This document shows, piece by piece, positions 56,333 to 63,177 of a stretch of 63,177 nt of DNA (positions within the stretch are counted from its first letter, which is position 1; every line of letters starts with the position of its first letter). The notes below the pieces were generated by a model that worked only from the letters and a program-made list of their open reading frames with translations, ran no database searches and was not told where the DNA came from. The stretch is taken from IMG/VR virus record IMGVR_UViG_3300037467_002795. One strand, given 5' to 3'. The position numbers and the translations under genes are program-made. Source of the DNA: an uncultured virus (IMG/VR IMGVR_UViG_3300037467_002795) (taxonomy: Duplodnaviria; Heunggongvirae; Uroviricota; Caudoviricetes).

Positions 56333-56870
56333 CCAACGCGACTACGAAATCAGCTGGGCTACCCCGCCACTGCACCGCCCCGCTCGAGTCGTCATTAAAG
56401 GGGAGTCTTATGGGCTCCAGGCCGCACTACACCTTTTAAACCAAAATCCAGCCCTCTGGCCACTCCGCGTTTGCTGGTCGCCCGCGACAGCGATGGAGGT
56501 TGAAAAAGCCGGTGCCGGGGTGCGAAAATTGGAGGATGGGACCGTCGCGGTACTGGCCGAAGACGGTCGAACCTTGCTGATGGGTAAACCGGCCCCGCTC
56601 ACTCGACAGGAGGCCGGACGGCTCTGGAAGCTGGCGGACGACCTCGTTTCAATACTACAGGTTGCCGGGGTTCATGTGGACCAAGGACCGGATGAGGTGG
56701 TCTACTCGGCTGGCGACGAGTTGGAAACCGTGGCGGTCGTGGGAGCCACTGGCGACCTGACGTACAGTCAGGTCTGGTGGGCACACCACCACCAGTACCA
56801 GGCCAGCCTCATCGCGGCTCATGCTGTACTATGGCCTCTTTATGTTGTGGCTAGTCGCGTCTATAGCTAA
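56310..56870 (+). CDS. Hypothetical protein
   Basis: GGAGG RBS. Confidence 0.55.
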   Translation: MAAEKLLDQRDYEISWATPPLHRPARVVIKGESYGLQAALHLLNQNPALWPLRVCWSPATAMEVEKAGAGVRKLEDGTVAVLAEDGRTLLMGKPAPLTRQEAGRLWKLADDLVSILQVAGVHVDQGPDEVVYSAGDELETVAVVGATGDLTYSQVWWAHHHQYQASLIAAHAVLWPLYVVASRVYS

Positions 56871-56883
56871 AAGGAGTAAGCCA

Positions 56884-57267
56884 ATGTCTGAGATTAACCC
56901 CTGCACGCTTTGGGCGTTTCTTGAGAAGTTTTACCAAAGCGATGAAAAAGACCTGACATCTTTACTTGTTGCCTGTGATTATCTGGGAGAACATGGCGAT
57001 TCTCGGGGTGAGAACCTTCGTCGTCGCATCAAGCGGCAGGCTGCTCTGAAGGCAAAAGTAGCCGTTAAGTATGGGGACGGATACTCACAACGAACAAGCT
57101 GTGGGCTACACAATTATGTACGTGACATGTTTCCCGAATGCAAAACCTCATACAGCCTCTTAATGAGAGAAAAGGTCGACAGAACAATGAGGCGACTGTG
57201 GGGCCTTTTACCGAGTCGCCAGGAACAGTCGCACGACACCGGAGAAGTGTCCTGGAGCTCGAAATAA
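56884..57267 (+). CDS. Degenerate TIGR02996-like protein
   Basis: AFLEKF..DLTSLLVACDYLGEHGDSRGENLR. Confidence 0.5.
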   Translation: MSEINPCTLWAFLEKFYQSDEKDLTSLLVACDYLGEHGDSRGENLRRRIKRQAALKAKVAVKYGDGYSQRTSCGLHNYVRDMFPECKTSYSLLMREKVDRTMRRLWGLLPSRQEQSHDTGEVSWSSK

Positions 57268-57371
57268 TCACGCACGACCTTGTGCGAGCCCAGTATTACG
57301 CTAAAATATGCTCTATTGAACCGAATGAGGCAAGAACGCAGGCCCTGGCGGGGCCGACTTCAGGAGGCCCC

Positions 57372-58103
57372 ATGAATCAAGAAAACGCCTTGCTCCGAGC
57401 TATTTGCGAGAATATCGACGACGACACGCCTCGGCTTGTTTTCGCCGACTACCTCGAAGAACGTGGCGAAGAAGCCTGGGCCCAGTTCATCCGAAGCCAC
57501 ATTGCCGCCACAAGAGCTGGCGTAGCCGAGTTCGGAGACGAATCGAACGACCGCTCGTTGAAACTCGAGTTTGTGCCACCCAAAACCGTGGTGGTCAAGG
57601 TTGTTCCTCCGGACGGCCCCGATAAGACTGGTTCAGACTCGAGCGTGCCGCTTTTTCTTCAGTGGGCTAAGCGACTTGGGCTTCCTGACTGCCTCGAATA
57701 TTGCAAGCTGAGTCGATGGGACCGCGGATTTCCTGCTGTTTATAGTGTCGAATCCGCAGTTGGCTTCTCCCGGTCTGTTAAGACATCACTATTTTCTCGA
57801 GTGCCCATCCGACATTTTAAGGTCGAGTCCAGACAACCACAAGAAATGTCGGCATATGCCGGCTCGCATTCTTGGTTTGAGTGGCGCAAGCAAATAAAAG
57901 GCAACCGCGGGAGATATTTTCTTCCAGCAAGTATTTTTGAGATACTCGACAATCCAGCCCAAAACATAAGCTTAGTGCATTTTTTCTCCAGAAAAGAAGC
58001 GGACGAAGCCGCGTGGACTGCGTATGCGAGGCGAGGGCGGGTTTTGAATTTGGGTCATACTGGGGAGAACCGGGTTGCCGGGTGCTCAGTCACGGAGCGT
58101 TAA
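57372..58103 (+). CDS. TIGR02996-domain protein
   Basis: ALLRAICENIDDDTPRLVFADYLEERGEEAWAQFIR; WDRGFP. Confidence 0.85.
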   Translation: MNQENALLRAICENIDDDTPRLVFADYLEERGEEAWAQFIRSHIAATRAGVAEFGDESNDRSLKLEFVPPKTVVVKVVPPDGPDKTGSDSSVPLFLQWAKRLGLPDCLEYCKLSRWDRGFPAVYSVESAVGFSRSVKTSLFSRVPIRHFKVESRQPQEMSAYAGSHSWFEWRKQIKGNRGRYFLPASIFEILDNPAQNISLVHFFSRKEADEAAWTAYARRGRVLNLGHTGENRVAGCSVTER

Positions 58104-58347
58104 TAGAGGGGATTGGATGGACTCCGTCCATCGGAGGCGGCTGTGAACCCTGACGAAATCCGAGCCGAATATGCCCGTATCGAAGCCGAGGAAGAGGCCG
58201 CCGAACGCGAAACTCAAACTTGTCTCTCTCTGGCTTCGAATGCAGAAATTGCGGGAGTAGTGTTCACACTCGCGGGCGGAACCTTGTGCGGACGAGTGCT
58301 CTGACTACCGCCAGGCTTTTGACTAACATGCCTTCCGGAGAAGAAGC

Positions 58348-58554
58348 GTGGAAAGGATGAAATGGATACGGGACGCCGACAGCAGCGACCAGCGAAGTTC
58401 GTGCGGCCGGTTCCTCATCCGCCGAACCTGCACGAATCCCAAATGGTGGGGTTACTGGAGTTTGACCGACACCACAACCGGAGAAGAATTTCCTTGTAGG
58501 ACAGAGTCTTCAGCTAAGACCGCGGCCCGCAATAGGCGAAATGCAACTGGCTGA
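58348..58554 (+). CDS. Hypothetical protein
   Basis: Small ORF. Confidence 0.45.
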   Translation: MERMKWIRDADSSDQRSSCGRFLIRRTCTNPKWWGYWSLTDTTTGEEFPCRTESSAKTAARNRRNATG

Positions 58555-58585
58555 TGTTCTGAGTCCTTTAAATCGTCAAAGTCTA

Positions 58586-58739
58586 TTCCGGCAGGAGAGG
58601 GACAGGGTGGTGTCGGAAGAAGGCTCGGCCCACCCAAGCAATCCCCCCTATTAAGAGTGAGTGAAGCGAATTTACCCCTCTCTAACCCTTACTTCCCTGC
58701 CGGACCTTCGGTCCCGTCGGCGGACGCCGACTGCCGGAA
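58586..58739. repeat. Composite element A + B' + A' + reverse hairpins
   Basis: TTCCGGCAGGAGAGGG..GCAATCCCCCCTATTAA..CTTCCCTGCCGGACC-TTC-GGTCC GTCGGC-GGAC-GCCGAC TGCCGGAA. Confidence 0.9.
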
Positions 58740-58772
58740 ATAAACTCTGGCGACAGCACGAGCGGAGCGAGT

Positions 58773-59558
58773 ATGTCTGAGGAATCTTTCTTACAGGCCA
58801 TCTACCGCAATCCCCGAGACGACATGCCGAGACTGGTCTACGCGGATTGGCTGGACGAGAACAGCAACAGTGACCGGGCCGAATTCATCCGTCTCCAATT
58901 CGAGATTGCAGCCCAACGAGCGGGCCTCGTCGCTGCTTCAGAAGAGAATGACCGGCGACAGGATTGGTTAGAGCAGCGAGAAAGGGAACTTTTAGAGAAG
59001 AACTGGCAACAATGGCTGCGACCTCTTCATAGTTGGATACTCTATCGAAATTGCGATACAAACATACTCACTTATGAAAACATAACAGGGAACCGTGCCG
59101 TTGTACGTTTTCGCAAGGGCTTCCCCGGCGAAGTGAATTTAAACACAGACACTTTTCTCGGTATTCCCTGCCTAGCCCATGCTAGGTCCGGCGAGAACTG
59201 CATTAACTGTGGCGGAACAGGCGCCACAAAGGGGGCCGCCCTCACTCTCCTACCGGAACTGCCCACTGTTACCAAAATAAGCTTAGCTGACAAGCGGCCA
59301 TCCGAGTGGTCCGAAGACGCAGGCTCCTCATCGTTCGACGGACGAACTTTTTACTCGTGGTTTGGCCCTGAATCTATCCTTGGGCTGGACCAAGAACATA
59401 CCAGGATTCCTGAACCTTTATTTCAGCTGATGATGCGAGCGGGGCACAAACAGGGGAATTTTGGTCACACCCTGCGGTTTGAGACGGCGGCAGATGCCCA
59501 AGAGGCTTTGTCCGAGGCCTGCCTGGGCTACGCCCAGAGTTTAAAGGAGAAGTTATGA
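58773..59558 (+). CDS. TIGR02996-domain protein
   Basis: SFLQAIYRNPRDDMPRLVYADWLDEN..RAEFIRLQ; FRKGFP. Confidence 0.88.
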   Translation: MSEESFLQAIYRNPRDDMPRLVYADWLDENSNSDRAEFIRLQFEIAAQRAGLVAASEENDRRQDWLEQRERELLEKNWQQWLRPLHSWILYRNCDTNILTYENITGNRAVVRFRKGFPGEVNLNTDTFLGIPCLAHARSGENCINCGGTGATKGAALTLLPELPTVTKISLADKRPSEWSEDAGSSSFDGRTFYSWFGPESILGLDQEHTRIPEPLFQLMMRAGHKQGNFGHTLRFETAADAQEALSEACLGYAQSLKEKL

Positions 59559-60676
59559 ACGACGAGACAGCCTTGTTAAAAGCCATCACGGAACATCCCA
59601 ACGAAGACACCCCGCGACTCGTTTATGCTGACTATCTTTAAGAACAGGGTAAACCCGACAGGGCCGAGTTTATTCGAGTTCAGTGTGAGTTAGCGAAGCT
59701 TGCACCGCCGAGGGTTATCCGGGTCGGGTCTTGTTACAGCTTTCAGTTCGAAGCCGAGCTGGAGCTAGGAACTCGTGTCGACCAAGCAGACCTATCTTGG
59801 CGAATCGGCGAGGTGTTCGACCTCAAACAAATCACATCGCGAATTTCGGCTACCTGGCACCATGATATGATTCTGACCAGCATTTCACCTCGGTCTGGTG
59901 GAGGGGCCGAGCTTCTTTTTCGCCAGGGAAAGGTGTGGGGGCACCGCTTGCGGTACGAGTATCTTCTTAATCGTCAACATCACCTGTTGTCCTACAAGGA
60001 AGACGGACCGGCTCCCTGGGTCGCCTGGGCATTCGTCCCGCATAAAGCCGAGGACGGCGAGCCATCTGGGCCAGGTGGCAGGGGAGGGTCGACTATGTAC
60101 CCGGCTCATAAGGACCAATTTCCCTACATCGAGGTGTCGCCGCGGATTCGCCAGACGTTTCGAAGGGGCTTCGTGGACGAGGTCGAGTTGCCCATCGGGG
60201 CCTTCGTGGGATATTGCCCGGCGTGTGAAGACGGGTGGGTTACCAGTGTGACTCGGCACGGTCCTGGGAACGACGAGGAGCAGTCGACCAGTCAAAGCAG
60301 GTGCGAGGTGTGCTACGGGGCTGGTCAGCGAGAAGGTTACGCCGGAGCTCTGTTCCGGGAGCACCCAACGATTCGCAAAATACTTTTTAAGAGCAGGATT
60401 CCTGGACTTCTTTTGGCATCAGGACGCCCGGCTCCGCCTCCAAGGTGGCGGGCTCGGTCGAGTGATTCCGGTCTTGATTTTACCGACAGTGTTCCGTTCG
60501 ACTTGTTTAAGCTGCTTGAAAAAGGCGAGTATTTTGAAGCGTTTTGGGGGCCCGGGCCTATAAAATCTGTTCGCCGAACCTACTCATCAATCGAAGATGC
60601 GGTCGCGGACCTGTCTAACGTCGCAATTGTTTACGGAAAGAAAGAAGCCATTAAAGAAGGAGTTCTGCCGTGCTAG
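59555..60676 (+). pseudogene. TIGR02996-domain gene with an in-frame TAA at 59639
   Basis: MNDETALLKAITEHPNEDTPRLVYADYL*EQGKPDRAEFIRVQ continues in frame into the 59813..60676 ORF (FRRGFVDEV). Confidence 0.8.
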
Positions 60677-61317
60677 AAGGGGGCGAGGCCTTCAGGCGAG
60701 CGATTCTTGAAAACCCGGCCGATAACACCCCGAGGCTTGTTTATGCCGACTGGCTCGACGAGTTCGGGACAGAGACGGACCAGGCAAGGGCCGCGTTCGT
60801 CCGGGCACAGGTGGAAGCCGCAAATGGGGCCGAACTGGAGAATCTGCAACTCTGGAACCTACTTCACCACTCCGAGCAGTGGTTTCCCGATGTGTGCAAG
60901 TCGCTCGGCCTCGGCGTGTCTCATTGGGGCGTGATGCACGATGGCACGGTGCATTTTGAGCACAAGAGCACCGTCAACGAGTTCTTTGTTCGCCGGGGCT
61001 TTGTGGATGAAATTCGCGTGCCACTGGTGTGGATGCTCGGGGCAATTTGTGGCCGATGTGGTGGTCGGGGCTGCTTCTGGTGTGATTGCGGCCAAGTCGG
61101 CGGCTGTCGGTCAGTCCTCGAAGCGGAACCCGTCAGGAAAATCGTGGTCGGGAACCTCAGAATCGAAATCGAGCCGCCGGGTCCCGATTACGGCTGGCAG
61201 GCATATTTCTACAGGGGAGACGAAGAATCCTATACCGACTTTGTCGGTGGCGGCCTGAGTCGAGATGGAATGCTTAATAAGCTTTTTGAATATGTCTCGT
61301 CAGCTTTTACCCTATGA
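60670..61317 (+). CDS. TIGR02996-domain protein
   Basis: AFRRAILENPADNTPRLVYADWLDE..RAAFVRAQ; VRRGFVDEI. Confidence 0.88.
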   Translation: MLEGGEAFRRAILENPADNTPRLVYADWLDEFGTETDQARAAFVRAQVEAANGAELENLQLWNLLHHSEQWFPDVCKSLGLGVSHWGVMHDGTVHFEHKSTVNEFFVRRGFVDEIRVPLVWMLGAICGRCGGRGCFWCDCGQVGGCRSVLEAEPVRKIVVGNLRIEIEPPGPDYGWQAYFYRGDEESYTDFVGGGLSRDGMLNKLFEYVSSAFTL

Positions 61318-61326
61318 GAGACCACC

Positions 61327-61695
61327 ATGAACCACATTCGTGTCTATTACAATTTGCATACTCAAAATTACTCCTTGAAAAATTCCGGCAGGAAAGGGAG
61401 AGTTATGGCTCACCAGGACGAAGTCTTGCTCCACAACTGCACATTCAAAGTCTGGGAAGGAGGCCGCCAGCGGGTCTTGCGAGAAGGACGGAAGATGGTG
61501 CATGCTTTCTGCGTCGGTGCGTTGGCTAATCCGGAGGATTTACCGACGCACCTAGAGCGACCGGAGCGAGTCCGCTATAATCCGTACGAAACGAAGACGT
61601 TCGTTCGGGCCGATTCTGGCGAACCTATTTTTGAGGCTGCTTGGGTGCTCCTAAAGAAGGAGAGAGACAAGCCCGTGGTTTTGGCTTATTCATGA
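61327..61695 (+). CDS. Conserved-looking phage hypothetical protein
   Basis: RVYYNLH..FKV.EGGRQRVLREGRKMVHAF..YNPY. Confidence 0.7.
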   Translation: MNHIRVYYNLHTQNYSLKNSGRKGRVMAHQDEVLLHNCTFKVWEGGRQRVLREGRKMVHAFCVGALANPEDLPTHLERPERVRYNPYETKTFVRADSGEPIFEAAWVLLKKERDKPVVLAYS

Positions 61696-61741
61696 CTTCC
61701 CTTGCGGGAAGTTTTAACAATTCCGATAGGGGGCGAAGCCC

Positions 61742-61864
61742 ATGTGCGACTTACTGGCCGACATCACCATCGAACGCGGCTCTGATTTTTGGCTAGCCGG
61801 GTTCATCGTGATGGCAATTGGCGGTATTAAAATCTTTATCGAGGAACTTACCAAGGACCAGTAA
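61742..61864 (+). CDS. 40 aa membrane peptide
   Basis: Preceded by a GGGC-GAA-GCCC start hairpin; one hydrophobic segment. Confidence 0.5.
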   Translation: MCDLLADITIERGSDFWLAGFIVMAIGGIKIFIEELTKDQ

Positions 61865-61866
61865 TA

Positions 61867-62352
61867 ATGAAACATTACCGAGCAGTTCACCACAGTCTCT
61901 GGCCCGACGGCCTGGACGAAGTGCTGAAGACCGAACGCAGCCAACCCGAACCGTTCACGCGGCGAGAGCTCGAACACCGGTTGGGAGACCAGCGGTCCCC
62001 AACTTACTTGGTACTGGCGGTCGATACTCGCGACCGTATTGCCGGTCACCTGATTTACACCTGCGATGAGAAAGAGCGGTTCGTCGTTGTAGACCGAATT
62101 GCGGCTCGTGGTCGGAATTCTCTCGCTGCCATTTCGCCCGTGCTCTTAGAGCACCTGAAGGATGGCGGCCAGTTCAAGAGGCGTAGGTGGGTGAGGGCCT
62201 GGGTGCCCCTGGTCTCCGACCAGACGGCACTTTGCCGAGCCCTTGCTGATTGCGGGTTTTCCTCGTTCTTGGAAGACCACAACGTGATTCGTTTTGGACT
62301 CCGTTCTTGTGCCGAGCGAAGCGAGACATGGACATTACAAAAGAAGTCGTGA
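61867..62352 (+). CDS. Degenerate GNAT/RimI-like paralog
   Basis: LDEVLKTE..EPFT..IAGHLIY..RRRWVRAWV; lacks the RxxGxG motif. Confidence 0.55.
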   Translation: MKHYRAVHHSLWPDGLDEVLKTERSQPEPFTRRELEHRLGDQRSPTYLVLAVDTRDRIAGHLIYTCDEKERFVVVDRIAARGRNSLAAISPVLLEHLKDGGQFKRRRWVRAWVPLVSDQTALCRALADCGFSSFLEDHNVIRFGLRSCAERSETWTLQKKS

Positions 62353-62630
62353 CGGGTGTTTTTATTTTGTGTTTCGGGATGTTGGTGACCGGTGTGGTTA
62401 ACTCGACTGTCTGGGTCGCTAACAAGATTGCCCGGAGCGGAATTGTGGGGCTGTGCGTAGCCGGCACTGGCTTCGCCGGTCTTGGCACATTTGGCGTCGT
62501 AGGCGTTCGGGCGGGGTCCCTGTCCGACGAAGTGTTTATCCCCCTCACGGTGATGTCGTTCATGGCCTGTGGCTTCTGTCTGGTGGCCGCGCAACTGCGG
62601 TTTCTTTCCGCCCGCAATCTACCTGATTAA
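62328..62630 (+). CDS. Small membrane protein
   Basis: Three hydrophobic segments. Confidence 0.55.
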   Translation: MDITKEVVTGVFILCFGMLVTGVVNSTVWVANKIARSGIVGLCVAGTGFAGLGTFGVVGVRAGSLSDEVFIPLTVMSFMACGFCLVAAQLRFLSARNLPD

Positions 62631-62643
62631 AAGGGAACCAACT

Positions 62644-63015
62644 ATGACCATCAACAAGTTCTTCACGACCACAAAAGAACTGCTGTGGCCACCTCTCGGC
62701 GACGGTTTTTACAAAGCGCTCCATCTCCTGCAAGAAGAATCTGGTAAGTGGACTATCCTGAAACACGACGACACCATCCAGTACGCGACAAACGACCTGG
62801 TCATCACGGCCGGTTTCAACCGTGTACTCGGACGGCGCATCACCGTCAACGGGTATCCCGTTTTCAACTGGCGAGAAGAGAGTAAGCTACTGAAGGTCGC
62901 CGAAAAACTTTTGCTGCTAAAGTTGGCTGACAAAGCAACCAAGGAAGCTCGTGCGGTGTCGGAGGGACACAAGCGAGCTCTCAAGACCCTCTTGGGACAT
63001 CCTCAAAATGCCTGA
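62644..63015 (+). CDS. Hypothetical protein
   Basis: AAGGGA RBS. Confidence 0.6.
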   Translation: MTINKFFTTTKELLWPPLGDGFYKALHLLQEESGKWTILKHDDTIQYATNDLVITAGFNRVLGRRITVNGYPVFNWREESKLLKVAEKLLLLKLADKATKEARAVSEGHKRALKTLLGHPQNA

Positions 63016-63177
63016 AGCGGCTTTGCCGCCTGGTTGTGTCGCCCCAAGAAGAAGTTCGTTCTCTCAAGTCTTGACTTCCCTCCGGTTCAGTCACACAATT
63101 ATTCCGGCAGGAGAGGGGACAGTAGGGCGGGAAAGGTGAACTCGTGGGCGGGTAGCCGCATCACCCGTGAACGAAGT

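Noticed and set aside
38965..58739. Composite elements as simple intrinsic terminators
   Set aside because: They lack U-tracts, occur in both orientations and inside ORFs; true terminators here (7788, 23956, 36293) look different
33611..59641. Stop-codon reassignment
   Set aside because: Only two isolated in-frame stops, of different types (TAG, TAA); long genes are open in the standard code and all three stops terminate genes
56884..61317. Diversity-generating retroelement acting on TIGR02996 or other paralogs
   Set aside because: No reverse transcriptase and no template/variable repeat pair differing only at adenines was seen
24684..63120. CRISPR array interpretation of the repeats
   Set aside because: Copies are dispersed, occur in both orientations and have irregular spacing; no constant repeat-spacer period and no cas genes
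24684..63120. Classical integron attC cassette array
   Set aside because: No consistent RYYYAAC...GTTRRRY cores, many genes lack an element, and no IntI in the window; only the general cassette idea is retained
1..63177. tRNA or rRNA genes
   Set aside because: No cloverleaf with T-loop and D-loop consensus was recognised by eye; tRNAscan-SE would be needed to exclude them fully

Overview
A 63 kb segment of a large tailed (probably siphovirus-type) bacteriophage genome. The host is most likely a planctomycete (Gemmataceae), judged from TIGR02996-type domains, an LPILADALQDAGC motif and planctomycete-like RimI paralogs. Positions ~1.2-21.5 kb hold a minus-strand morphogenesis operon, read from the sigma-like factor through an ERCC4 nuclease, an intein-containing terminase, portal, protease/scaffold, capsid and neck to the tail tube and chaperones; HNH endonucleases have invaded it. 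Positions ~22-63 kb hold a co-directional plus-strand array of about 75 mostly small genes with at least six paralog families, two DNA methyltransferases, a DEDDh exonuclease, a ParB-like protein and an AAA+/VWA module. The most unusual feature is a pervasive modular repeat system built from three parts: (A) TCCGGCAGGRRAG, about 50 copies by manual count, on both strands, often as convergent pairs and also inside structural genes; (B) TTAATAGRGGGATTG, about 25 copies; (C) short covarying hairpins with strand-specific GNA triloops. These parts assemble into 40-150 bp elements between genes, inside genes and at gene ends. A second notable feature is an HNH gene that interrupts the ERCC4 nuclease gene and carries a recoded replacement 5' end. 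All product calls come from motifs and synteny read by eye; no database searches were run.
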